A DNA stretch of 64,000 nucleotides from Treponema sp. (lineage in GTDB: Bacteria; Spirochaetota; Spirochaetia; Treponematales; Breznakiellaceae), in contig JAISCC010000016.1 in NCBI GenBank assembly GCA_031265845.1, positions 2,763 to 66,762 on the forward strand, written 5' to 3'. A program made the position numbers and the translations under genes. The notes below the pieces were generated by a model. It was not told where the DNA came from, ran no database searches, and was given only the letters and a program-made list of their open reading frames with translations. Below are positions 31,864 to 40,239 of the stretch, in pieces (position 1 is the first letter of the stretch; every line of letters starts with the position of its first letter).

Positions 31864-32733
31864 ATGAAAAAAGCGGCAATCGCCCTTGTCTTTGCGGCAA
31901 GCGCGGTGTTGGTGTATGCGCAGACAAGCGTCAGTTTGGACAAAGCGCTGAATGATTCGGTCGTCTATTTTAACGCGCGCATTCCAGGCGGAACACGAGT
32001 GGCGGTTCCCTATATCAATGGGGGAAGCGCCGACTTGTCCGGCTATGTGGCGGGCAAGCTGACGGCGCGGCTGGTCAATGACAGCGCCTTCGTTGTTGTG
32101 GAGCGGGACAAAGAGCGCGTAGGAGGGATTGAGGAGGAGATGAACTACCAGTTGTCCGGCAACGTGAGCGATGAGACGATGGTGTCAATCGTGAAGAAGC
32201 TGGGGGCGCAAGTCCTGATCGCCGGATCGCTGAGCAGGCAGGGGCGTCAGTACCGGCTGGAACTCCGCGCTATAGACGTGGAGACCGGAAGGATCACGGC
32301 GAGCCGCGTAACCGAGAACATTCAGGGGGACGGCGCGTGGGAGATGCCGTCGCAGACGCGCGCCGGGCTTGCGTTTGAAGGCGACTCGCTGGCGGAGCGG
32401 GACAAGCGGACGTTGTACCAGGGCGTACGGAAAGGGGCGCAGAAGTACGGCGTTTCAATGGAGATGCCCTCGTCCATCCAGACTGCGGAAAAAGAAGCGG
32501 GCGGACTGCGCTTTATCATAACGTTTGAAGCGGAGAAGCGATCTCAAAGATACTCGGACCCGATCTTTGTGGGAGAGGTGACGGTCGGACTGGAGCGGGA
32601 CGGGGTGATGGTGAGAGAATCGAAACGTCATTCCATTTCCGAGACGACCGAACGCCTGCTTTTTCAGCGGGCTGCGGACGCGATAGAGGGCGACCGGCTT
32701 TTCTTCCAGGGGCTTGATGAGGATATAAAATAG
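31864..32733 (+). CDS. Secreted protein with LpoB/FlgO-like domain
   Basis: Signal peptide MKKAAIALVFAASAVLVYAQ. Domain pattern VVERDKERVGGIEEEMNYQLSGNVSDE...GAQVLIAGSL...YRLELRAIDVETG. Confidence 0.45.
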   Translation: MKKAAIALVFAASAVLVYAQTSVSLDKALNDSVVYFNARIPGGTRVAVPYINGGSADLSGYVAGKLTARLVNDSAFVVVERDKERVGGIEEEMNYQLSGNVSDETMVSIVKKLGAQVLIAGSLSRQGRQYRLELRAIDVETGRITASRVTENIQGDGAWEMPSQTRAGLAFEGDSLAERDKRTLYQGVRKGAQKYGVSMEMPSSIQTAEKEAGGLRFIITFEAEKRSQRYSDPIFVGEVTVGLERDGVMVRESKRHSISETTERLLFQRAADAIEGDRLFFQGLDEDIK

Positions 32734-32802
32734 CGCAGAGCGGCGCGGGACGGCGTATGCTATAAGCGGCTTATGTTATAAGCATGAAAAAAAGGAGAAA
32801 AA

Positions 32803-34581
32803 ATGAAAAAGAGCGTGGCGTTTGTTTTGATGATGGTGGCGGCGTTGGGAGTGGCGGGCGCGGCGTATGGGCAGAAGAAGGAGAGCCTTGCGGTTCTTCC
32901 GTTTACCGGCGTGCAGACGAGCGATGGGGAAACCATTGCGCGGGCGTTTGCGCGGGCGCCGGTTTGGCGGGATGCGTTCAATGGGGTGATGTCCATAACG
33001 CGGGCGACGCAGGAGTTCATACAGTTTGAACAGCGGTTTCAACGAATGTCCGGGTTGACTGACGCGGACACGATCTTCGAGTTGGGGAAGCAGTTGAACG
33101 CATCGCACGTGATGACAGGGTATACGACGAAGTTCGGAAACAGGAATCTGGCGCTGGTGAGCATACTTGACGTTGAAAGCCTGCAACTGATAGCTGGAGA
33201 ATACCGGGTGTATACGAAGATAGAAGAGGTGGCGGACATGATACCTGACATGGCGCGGAACATGGCGCGTGCAGTGGGGCGGGACACGAGCAAACTGCCC
33301 GGGCTGTCCGTGCCGCCGTTCAGCAGGGAAAACGGGATAAACGAGAGCGACGCGCAGACGCTGGCGCAGATATTGGCGATAGGGCTGGCGAATGGGAACA
33401 AGTACGCGGTGCTGCCGAGGACAGACAGTCTGGAGAAGGTGCGAGAGGAGCATAGCAGGCAGAGGAGCGGGCAGACGGATCAAGAGCGGGTGAAGCGGCT
33501 GGGGGTCGGAAGGAACGCGGAGTATGTGCTTGTCAGTTCGGTGGGTACCTGGGGGAGTCTGCTGTCTTTTGATGCAGACGTGCATAATATAGAGAGTATG
33601 ATATTGAGAGAAGGGTTTGCGGAGCGGTACAAGGACTTTTCGGAAGGTTTGGAACTGATACCCAGACTCGCGGCAAGGCTGAACGGGGAGACGATCACGG
33701 CTGCACCGGCGGCTCCCGCGCCCGCGCAGGCGGCTCCGGCGCAGAAGCCCATGCCGGCGAACATGGTGAGGATAGGTGGCGGGACGTTCACGATGGGAAG
33801 TCCCACGACGGAGGCGAGTAGGGGGAGCGATGAATCGCCGCAACATCAAGTGACGATAAGCAAGCCGTTCTACATCGGGAAGTATGAGGTGACGCAGAAG
33901 GAATGGACTGAGGTGATGGGCACAACGATACACCAACAGCGGGCTCTTGCGGGTTATAGCGGCGATTCGACATACGGGGTGGGGGACAATTACCCGATGT
34001 ATTATGTGAGCTGGTACGACGCGGTGGAGTACTGCAACAAGCGGAGCGCAAAGGAAGGGCTGGCGCCGGCGTATACGATAGACAAGACGCGGAGCGACGG
34101 GAACAACGGCAATGGGGGCGACAACGTGAAGTGGGTGGTGACGAGGAATGTGAACGCGACCGGGTATCGCCTGCCGACGGAGGCGGAGTGGGAGCTCGCG
34201 TGCCGGGCGGGGACGAGCGCGCCGTTTTACACGGGGAACAACATAACGACGAACCATGCGAACTACAATGGGAATTACCCATACAACAACAACGCGAAAG
34301 GAGAGTACCGTCAGAGGACATGGGCAGTGGGGAGCGGGACGCCGAATCCGTGGGGGCTGTACGACATGAGCGGGAACGTGTGGGAGTGGTGTTGGGACTG
34401 GTATGGGAGTTATAGCAGTGGGTCTCAGACAGACCCTTCGGGCGCCGCCGCTGGCTCTGACCGCGTGGAACGCGGCGGGTCGTGGAACGACGATGCGCAG
34501 AACGCGCGTTCTGCCTACCGGGGCAGCGACACCCCATCGGGCAGGAGCGTCAACCTTGGCTTCCGGCTGGTTCGCCCCTAG
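32803..34581 (+). CDS. Secreted protein: two LpoB-like domains + C-terminal FGE-sulfatase (SUMF1) / C-type-lectin-fold domain (paralog P1)
   Basis: Signal peptide, then MVRIGGGTFTMGSP...YRLPTEAEWELACRAG...NPWGLYDMSGNVWEWCWDWY...RGGSW...GFRLVRP. Confidence 0.8.
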   Translation: MKKSVAFVLMMVAALGVAGAAYGQKKESLAVLPFTGVQTSDGETIARAFARAPVWRDAFNGVMSITRATQEFIQFEQRFQRMSGLTDADTIFELGKQLNASHVMTGYTTKFGNRNLALVSILDVESLQLIAGEYRVYTKIEEVADMIPDMARNMARAVGRDTSKLPGLSVPPFSRENGINESDAQTLAQILAIGLANGNKYAVLPRTDSLEKVREEHSRQRSGQTDQERVKRLGVGRNAEYVLVSSVGTWGSLLSFDADVHNIESMILREGFAERYKDFSEGLELIPRLAARLNGETITAAPAAPAPAQAAPAQKPMPANMVRIGGGTFTMGSPTTEASRGSDESPQHQVTISKPFYIGKYEVTQKEWTEVMGTTIHQQRALAGYSGDSTYGVGDNYPMYYVSWYDAVEYCNKRSAKEGLAPAYTIDKTRSDGNNGNGGDNVKWVVTRNVNATGYRLPTEAEWELACRAGTSAPFYTGNNITTNHANYNGNYPYNNNAKGEYRQRTWAVGSGTPNPWGLYDMSGNVWEWCWDWYGSYSSGSQTDPSGAAAGSDRVERGGSWNDDAQNARSAYRGSDTPSGRSVNLGFRLVRP

Positions 34582-34718
34582 TTCCGCTGGCGTCAGCAGT
34601 GGTGGCGGGGATGGAGAGGGCGGCGGTGTGGGCGGCGGTCAACGCCGCCTTGCCGCCGACCGCGTAGTCCCCGCTTTTGCGCGGGTCTGGTTGTCGCGCC
34701 CGTTTGTCCGTCTGCGGG

Positions 34719-34934
34719 GGTGTCGGGGGGCAAGCCCCCCGACACGCGCTGAGCGCCGGCCCGGTGTCAGACATCGGGTCGCGGCGTATGTGTGCGGTGT
34801 CAGACATCGGCACGGCGCGGTGGGGAATGGCTCGCCCGCGCTGTGAAAGACACTGGCACGGCGCGGTGGTGTCAGACACACGACGGGCGGATACGGGGCG
34901 GCGAGCAGGGCGGTGGGCGGCGGTGTCAGACACC
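34719..34934. repeat. Cluster of five REP-like palindromes between P1 and P2
   Basis: GTGTCGGGGGGC-aa-GCCCCCCGACAC (34719-34744); GGTGTCAGACATC at 34763 and 34796; GGTGTCAGACACA at 34868; GGTGTCAGACACC at 34922. GGCACGGCGCGGTGG occurs twice. Confidence 0.75.
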
Positions 34935-35042
34935 GAAGGTATCAATGGTACAATAACCAAAACAGGAGATACCTATGAAAATGATTAGTGCGGCGCTGAC
35001 GCGTATCGCGCTCGCCGCGCGTATGGGCGGGAGCCCGCGAAC

Positions 35043-35816
35043 ATGGTGAGGATAGCGGGCGGGACGTTCACGATGGGAAGCCCCTCGACGGAGGTTGGCA
35101 GGGGAAGCGATGAGACGCAACACAGCGTAACGATAAGCAAGCCGTTCTATATCGGGAAGTATGAGGTGACGCAGAAGGAATGGTATGACGTGATGGGGAG
35201 CAATCCGAGTTATTTCAAAGGGGACAATCTGCCTGTGGAGCAAGTGAGTTGGTACGACGTGATAGAGTACTGCAACAAGCGGAGCGAGAGGGAATGGCTG
35301 ACTCCCGCGTACACGATAGACAAGACGCGGAGCGATGGGAACAACACAAACGGAAGGGATAACGTGAAGTGGGTGGTGACGTGGGATCGGAACGCGAACG
35401 GGTACCGGCTGCCGACCGAAGCGGAGTGGGAGCTTGCGTGCCGCGCCGGTACGAGTACGCCGTTTTACACGGGGAGCGACATAACGACGAACCATGCGAA
35501 CTACAACGGAAACTATCCATATAATAACAACGCGAAAGGAGAGTATCGGGGTAAGACATGGGCAGTAGGGAGTGGGACGCCGAATCCGTGGGGGCTGTAC
35601 GACATGAGTGGGAACGTGTATGAGTGGTGCTGGGACTGGTATGGGGCGTATAGCGGGACGCAGACAGACCCTGCGGGCGTGGCTGGCGGCTCCTACCGCG
35701 TGGTACGCGGTGGGTCGTGGTGCAATTACGCGCAGTATGTACGTTCCGCCTACCGGTTCAGCGACGCCCCGTCGAGCAGGTACGGCACCTTTGGCTTCCG
35801 GCTGGTGCGCCCCTAG
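35043..35816 (+). CDS. FGE-sulfatase / C-type-lectin-fold protein (paralog P2), signal peptide out of frame
   Basis: The domain is intact from MVRIAGGTFTMGSP to GFRLVRP. RBS + ATG at 34975 encodes MKMISAALTRIALAA... in another frame and stops at 35047-35049. Confidence 0.65.
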   Translation: MVRIAGGTFTMGSPSTEVGRGSDETQHSVTISKPFYIGKYEVTQKEWYDVMGSNPSYFKGDNLPVEQVSWYDVIEYCNKRSEREWLTPAYTIDKTRSDGNNTNGRDNVKWVVTWDRNANGYRLPTEAEWELACRAGTSTPFYTGSDITTNHANYNGNYPYNNNAKGEYRGKTWAVGSGTPNPWGLYDMSGNVYEWCWDWYGAYSGTQTDPAGVAGGSYRVVRGGSWCNYAQYVRSAYRFSDAPSSRYGTFGFRLVRP

Positions 35817-35885
35817 TTCTGCTGGTGTCAGGCACGCGGCGGCGTATGATCGCTCATTATAAAGAAAGGCAAAAGGAGAAGCGGA

Positions 35886-36740
35886 ATGAAACGCACCGTA
35901 GGATTGATAATGGCAATGGGGTCGCTGGAGACGGCGTATGGGCAGGATACCATACCCGCGAACATGGTGAGGATAGCGGGCGGGACGTTCACGATGGGAA
36001 GCCCCTCGACGGAGGTTGACAGGCATGACAGAGAAACACAGCATCAGGTGACGATAAGCAAGCCGTTCTCCATCGGGAAGTACGAGGTGACGCAGAAGGA
36101 ATGGGGAGAAGTGATGGGGAGTAATCCGAGCAGGTTCAAAGGAGACAATCTGCCTGTGGAGCAAGTGAGTTGGTACGACGTGATAGAGTACTGCAACAAG
36201 CGGAGCGAGAAGGAGAAGCTGACGCCGGCGTATGCGATAGACAAGACGCGGAGCGATGAGAACAACAGAAACAGATGGGATACCGTGAAGTGGATAGTGA
36301 CGTGGAACCGGAACGCGAATGGGTACCGCCTGCCGACCGAAGCGGAATGGGAGCTTGCGTGTCGGGCGGGGACGAGTACGCCGTTTTACACGGGGAGCGA
36401 CATAACGACGAGCCATGCGAACTACGATGGAAATTATCCGTACAACAACAACGCGAAAGGGGTGTATCGAGAGAAGACGTGGGAAGTGGGGAGCGGGACG
36501 CCGAATCCCTGGGGGCTGTACGACATGAGTGGGAACGTGTGTGAGTGGTGTTGGGACTGGGATGGGGCGTATAGTGGAGGGGCACAGACAGACCCTGCTG
36601 GCGCGGCTGGCGACCTTTTCCGCGTGAATCGCGGCGGGTCGTGGAACTATGACGCGCAGGACATCCGTTCCGTCTGCCGGGGCGGCAACACCCCGTCGAG
36701 CAGGTACGACGACATTGGCTTCCGGCTGGTTCGCCCCTAA
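35886..36740 (+). CDS. FGE-sulfatase / C-type-lectin-fold protein (paralog P3)
   Basis: Short N-terminal leader MKRTVGLIMAMGSLETAYGQ, then the same domain ending GFRLVRP. Confidence 0.75.
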   Translation: MKRTVGLIMAMGSLETAYGQDTIPANMVRIAGGTFTMGSPSTEVDRHDRETQHQVTISKPFSIGKYEVTQKEWGEVMGSNPSRFKGDNLPVEQVSWYDVIEYCNKRSEKEKLTPAYAIDKTRSDENNRNRWDTVKWIVTWNRNANGYRLPTEAEWELACRAGTSTPFYTGSDITTSHANYDGNYPYNNNAKGVYREKTWEVGSGTPNPWGLYDMSGNVCEWCWDWDGAYSGGAQTDPAGAAGDLFRVNRGGSWNYDAQDIRSVCRGGNTPSSRYDDIGFRLVRP

Positions 36741-36811
36741 AACACGAACCACAGAACACGAACGGCATGAACAAAGGTCGGCGACGCTGGCGCCTGACGC
36801 CGCGCAACCCG

Positions 36812-36824
36812 CGTGTCTGACACC
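36812..36824. repeat. REP-like palindrome (one mismatch)
   Basis: CGTGTCTGACACC, downstream of P3. Confidence 0.5.
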
Positions 36825-36899
36825 AGCGCCCCGAACAGAAGAAGCGTGAAGCGAAATCAAACTCGTGATGAGCGAGCCAACCAAGCGTTAGCCACTAGA

Positions 36900-36950
36900 G
36901 CCTGTTCCAAAACTCGGTTAGTGCGCAAACATGTTTGCGTTGGAACAGGC
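36900..36950. repeat. Nested inverted repeat sharing the CTGTTCCAA motif
   Basis: GCCTGTTCCAA ... CGCAAACATGTTTGCG (perfect 16-nt palindrome, 36924-36939) ... TTGGAACAGGC. Confidence 0.5.
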
Positions 36951-37006
36951 TTCCAAAAAAGCGGTCTAAAGCCCACTTTTTCTATTTTTTCTATAAATAT
37001 AAGGTT

Positions 37007-37036
37007 GCTGTTCCAAAACTGAAGTTTTGGAACAGC
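37007..37036. promoter_or_regulatory. Perfect 14+14 palindrome (candidate operator) 35 nt upstream of the 37071 start codon
   Basis: GCTGTTCCAAAACT-ga-AGTTTTGGAACAGC. Followed by CACTATACAT, AAGGAG and ATG. Confidence 0.45.
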
Positions 37037-37070
37037 CTCACTATACATAAGCATAAACAAGGAGATTATT

Positions 37071-37811
37071 ATGGCAGGATTGGAAGAACTGCGAAATGTG
37101 CTGCACGTCATCAGGGCGTGGCTGTATCCCAATTATCTGGAACACGGGGGCAAGTTCATCGCCCGCGCGAAAACCGAGAGGACCCTGAGCGTGGAGCAGG
37201 TCTGCGCCGAGGCCGTCACGCGGGGCGGCTCGGACCTGAACTACGACACCATGGTGGACGCGGTGAACGCCTACTTTGACGAGGCGTTCTATCAGCTTGC
37301 GGACGGGTTCAGCGTGGAGAATGGCTACTTCTCAATACACCCCAAGATAGGCGGCACCTTTGATCACGCGGACGACAAGGCGGACAAGGAGAGAAACCCC
37401 GTTGACTTCGCGTTCCGCAAGCGGCGGGAACTGCGGGACGTCATCTCTCGCATCACGGTGGAGATTGAGGGCGCGGCGGAGAGCGGGGCGTATATCGCCG
37501 AAGTGTTGGACGTGACCAGCGGTACATCGGACGAGCGGCTCACTGCGGGCGGCGTGGTTACGATACTGGGGAGCCGCGTCAAGATAGCCGGGGAAGACCC
37601 CTCCTGCGGACTCTACCTGGCGCAGGCGGACGGCTCGACCATCAAGGTGACGGGGAATCTGGTGGACAACCAGCGCAACCGCATATCCGCGCAGTTGCCG
37701 ACGCTGCCGCCCGGGGTCTACCGCGCGCGGATACTCACCCAGTTTTCCGGCGGGGGCGCGCTTTTAAAAGAGCCCCGTCGCATAGACTATGGCGTTGAGC
37801 TGACCGTCTAA
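37071..37811 (+). CDS. HU-like DNA-binding domain protein with C-terminal Ig-like DUF4469-type domain
   Basis: The N-terminal LSVEQVCAEAVTRGGSDLNYDTMVDAVNAYFDEAFYQLADGFSVENGYFSIHPKIGG resembles bacterial HU-CCDC81-type domains. C-terminal ...LPPGVYRARILTQFSGG... Called from memory of the family. Confidence 0.45.
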   Translation: MAGLEELRNVLHVIRAWLYPNYLEHGGKFIARAKTERTLSVEQVCAEAVTRGGSDLNYDTMVDAVNAYFDEAFYQLADGFSVENGYFSIHPKIGGTFDHADDKADKERNPVDFAFRKRRELRDVISRITVEIEGAAESGAYIAEVLDVTSGTSDERLTAGGVVTILGSRVKIAGEDPSCGLYLAQADGSTIKVTGNLVDNQRNRISAQLPTLPPGVYRARILTQFSGGGALLKEPRRIDYGVELTV

Positions 37812-37926
37812 GTCCCACCTGCGGGGTCAGCTAGCTCCCACATGTGGGGTCAACTAGCCCCCGCGTGTGGGGTCAATTAGCCCCCGCAGGTGGGGTCAAC
37901 TAGTTCCCCCGTGTGGGGGCGACTGT
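37811..37926. repeat. Five tandem ~23-nt units, each containing its own short palindrome
   Basis: agtCCCACCTGCGGGGtcagct / agcTCCCACATGTGGGGtcaact / agcCCCCGCGTGTGGGGtcaatt / agcCCCCGCAGGTGGGGtcaact / agttCCCCCGTGTGGGGGcgactg. Confidence 0.75.
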
Positions 37927-38062
37927 TCAGAGGCTCTCCTGGAAGTCTCACATTGTCAACACGGTACGTGAAGATGAACCCAAGATTCCACAGAATGCGC
38001 CATATATGGCGCGCCATACAGAGCGCGGATTTTTTTAGAGAAAACTTGTTGAAAGAATCTCA

Positions 38063-38257
38063 TACGCCGCGACCCGCCCTAACCGTGCGCGGCGCGGCGT
38101 TGAGGCGCACTGCATGTCGCAAGAAACCCGCCTACGGCGGCGCCTTTGGCGGGGCGGCGGCACGGCGGTGTCAGACACCTTTCCCGTACGCCGCGACTCG
38201 CCCTAACCGTGCGCGGCGCGGCGTTGAGGCGCACTGCATGTCGCAAAAAAACCGCCT
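38063..38257. repeat. Two ~70-bp direct repeats, 124 bp apart, flanking a REP palindrome
   Basis: TACGCCGCGAC(C/T)CGCCCTAACCGTGCGCGGCGCGGCGTTGAGGCGCACTGCATGTCGCAA... at 38063 and 38187. GGTGTCAGACACC at 38167-38179. Confidence 0.75.
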
Positions 38258-38302
38258 TTGGCGGCGGTTGCAATAAAAGGGGATTGCGGGTATAGTCAAA
38301 GC

Positions 38303-39346
38303 ATGAAAATATCTAGTCTATTATTATTAGGAGCGCTATTTTTAATGGTGGAAACAACAGAAGCCGCGCCGAATGACGCGGCGTTGGGAGACGGGCTTTT
38401 TGCGAGAATCGCCACGACGCGGGGGGACATAGTAGTCCGTCTGGAATATCAAAAGGCGCCGCTCACGGTCTGCAACTTTGTGGCGCTTGCGGAAGGGAAG
38501 ATGACCAGCGTGGGCGGCAAGCTGTTTTACAACGGATTGACGTTTCACCGCGTCATTTCCCGCGCCAATGGCGACCAGAGCGATTTTATGATACAGGGCG
38601 GCGATCCGCTTGGCACCGGACGGGGCGGACCCGGGTATCAGTTCGCCGATGAATTCGATCCCAGCCTGTCCTTTGACAAACCCGGCGTACTCGCCATGGC
38701 AAACGCGGGCGCGAACACCAATGGCAGCCAGTTTTTCATCACCATTGCAGAAACCCCGTGGCTCAACAACAAGCACACCATCTTTGGGACTGTGGTACAG
38801 GGGCAGAATATAGTCAACAGCGTCAAACAGGGCGATAAGATTGTCAGCGTCTCCATTGTCCGCAACGGGGCTGACGCGACCGCTTTCAAGGCTGATCAAG
38901 CCGCGTTTGACGCGCTCCGGCAGACCGTCAGGCAAAGGGCGGAAGCCACGATCAAGGCGAACCGGGATGCGGACGTCGCATTGATACAGAAAAAATACCC
39001 CACAGCCCAGCAAACCCCTTCCGGCGCCTACTATCTTGTCCAAAAGGAAGGCAAGGGCGCGAAACCGGTTAAAGGCAGCTTCGTGTCGGTGACGTACAAA
39101 CTGTCGTTCCTTTCAGGAGAGGTGATAGATTCATCCGATATACACGGGGCGCCGCTGGAATTTCAGGCGGGAATGGGGCGCATGATTCGGGGTTTTGACG
39201 AAGCGGCGCTGGACATGAAGGTCAATGAAAAACGGCTTGTCATTTTGCCGCCGGAGCTTGCCTACGGAGACAAGGACGCGGGGGAGGGCGCCATTCCGGC
39301 GAATTCCTTTCTTGTGTTTGAACTTGAACTGGTAAAAGTGCGATAA
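38303..39346 (+). CDS. Dual-family peptidyl-prolyl isomerase, cyclophilin + FKBP, secreted
   Basis: Signal peptide MKISSLLLLGALFLMVETTEA. Cyclophilin block FHRVI...MIQGGDPLGTGRGGPGY...MANAGANTNGSQFFIT. FKBP block VTYKLSFLSGEVIDSS...MIRGFDEAALDMKVNEKR...FLVFELELVKV. Start moved from 38258 to 38303. Confidence 0.8.
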   Translation: MKISSLLLLGALFLMVETTEAAPNDAALGDGLFARIATTRGDIVVRLEYQKAPLTVCNFVALAEGKMTSVGGKLFYNGLTFHRVISRANGDQSDFMIQGGDPLGTGRGGPGYQFADEFDPSLSFDKPGVLAMANAGANTNGSQFFITIAETPWLNNKHTIFGTVVQGQNIVNSVKQGDKIVSVSIVRNGADATAFKADQAAFDALRQTVRQRAEATIKANRDADVALIQKKYPTAQQTPSGAYYLVQKEGKGAKPVKGSFVSVTYKLSFLSGEVIDSSDIHGAPLEFQAGMGRMIRGFDEAALDMKVNEKRLVILPPELAYGDKDAGEGAIPANSFLVFELELVKVR

Positions 39347-39562
39347 CGCGCCGTTGCGGATGCGTCTGCGCGGATGACATCTGCCATAGGCGATTTATAA
39401 TCCGGCCGGGACCGGCAAACGCTTGCCTTATCCATGGGTACTGAGTTATATTATTAACAGGAATAATTCTTATTAGAGGGGACTACGGACTTTTAGCCCT
39501 GGGGTTACAGTCCGCCCTCCACGTTACGGCGCCGTTTGAAACGGCATTAAAGGAGAACTTGT

Positions 39563-40234
39563 ATGGATACAAGCGCGTTATTTAAACTTTCCTACGGACT
39601 CTATGTAGTTGGCGTAAAAACCGAAACGGGTTTAGGCGGATGCATTGTAGACGCGGTGGGGCAAGTCGCCGCAGGAGACAGCCCGTTGGCGTCGCTTGCC
39701 TGTATGAAGAAAAACTACACCAACGAATGTATAAAAAAGACCAGCGAATGTACGCTTTCCGTGCTGTCCACAGACGTTGATCCGTTTGTCATTGGCAATT
39801 TCGGCTTCCAGTCAGGGCGCGATGTTGAAAAATGGGTGAACGCGCCGCATACCATCAAGGACGGGTTGCCGTTCCTCAACAACGCCTGCGCGTACCTCCG
39901 GCTCCGTGTGGTTAATGCCCTTGAATTTCCCACGCACACCCTGTTCATCTGCGAGGTGGCCGACGCTGAAAACGGCGAAAATCCCGCAAAGCCCCTTATT
40001 TACGGCGATTATCAAGCGACAATGAAAGCGGCTGTGGGCGAGGCGTTCCAGAAATTCAAGGAAGCCGGCAAGCCTTCTCAAGACTGCGCCGCAGCCAATG
40101 CGGTTGGCGGCGCGAAATGGCGCTGCCCGCTCTGCGGCTATGTCTATGACGGGGACATTCCTTTCGAGCGATTGCCCGACACGTGGAAATGCCCTCTGTG
40201 CGGCGTTGGAAAAGAGTCGTTTAAGTCTGTCTGA
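39563..40234 (+). CDS. Flavin reductase-like domain fused to rubredoxin (high-molecular-weight rubredoxin type)
   Basis: N-terminal FMN-binding split-barrel pattern (LSYGLYVVG...GCIVDAV). C-terminal [12 protein letters not shown]...[13 protein letters not shown]. Confidence 0.75.
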   Translation: MDTSALFKLSYGLYVVGVKTETGLGGCIVDAVGQVAAGDSPLASLACMKKNYTNECIKKTSECTLSVLSTDVDPFVIGNFGFQSGRDVEKWVNAPHTIKDGLPFLNNACAYLRLRVVNALEFPTHTLFICEVADAENGENPAKPLIYGDYQATMKAAVGEAFQKFKEAGKPSQDCAAANAVGGAKWRCPLCGYVYDGDIPFERLPDTWKCPLCGVGKESFKSV

Positions 40235-40239
40235 TCGAT

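Noticed and set aside
35043-35816. P2 (or P3) acting as the DGR template repeat for the other paralogs
   Set aside because: A template should carry A-rich AAC/AAT codons at nearly all variable positions. P2 and P3 show mixed codons there and also differ from each other at non-adenine positions.
32776-36884. Very long minus-strand ORFs (32776-34257, 493 aa; 34926-36884, 652 aa) and many others antisense to the FGE-lectin paralogs
   Set aside because: Arg/Pro/His-rich low-complexity translations with no motifs. They are exactly antisense to well-supported plus-strand genes, and are open only because of the codon bias of the sense strand.
37811-37926. Possible CRISPR array
   Set aside because: The units abut with no spacers, are only ~23 nt long, and number only five copies. 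No cas genes are in the window.
39440-39480. Fur/PerR-like box upstream of the flavin-reductase-rubredoxin gene (TTAACAGGAATAATTCTTATTAG)
   Set aside because: Only a short GAAT-A-ATTC core is palindromic, and AT-rich promoter DNA gives such matches easily. There is not enough evidence to call it an operator.
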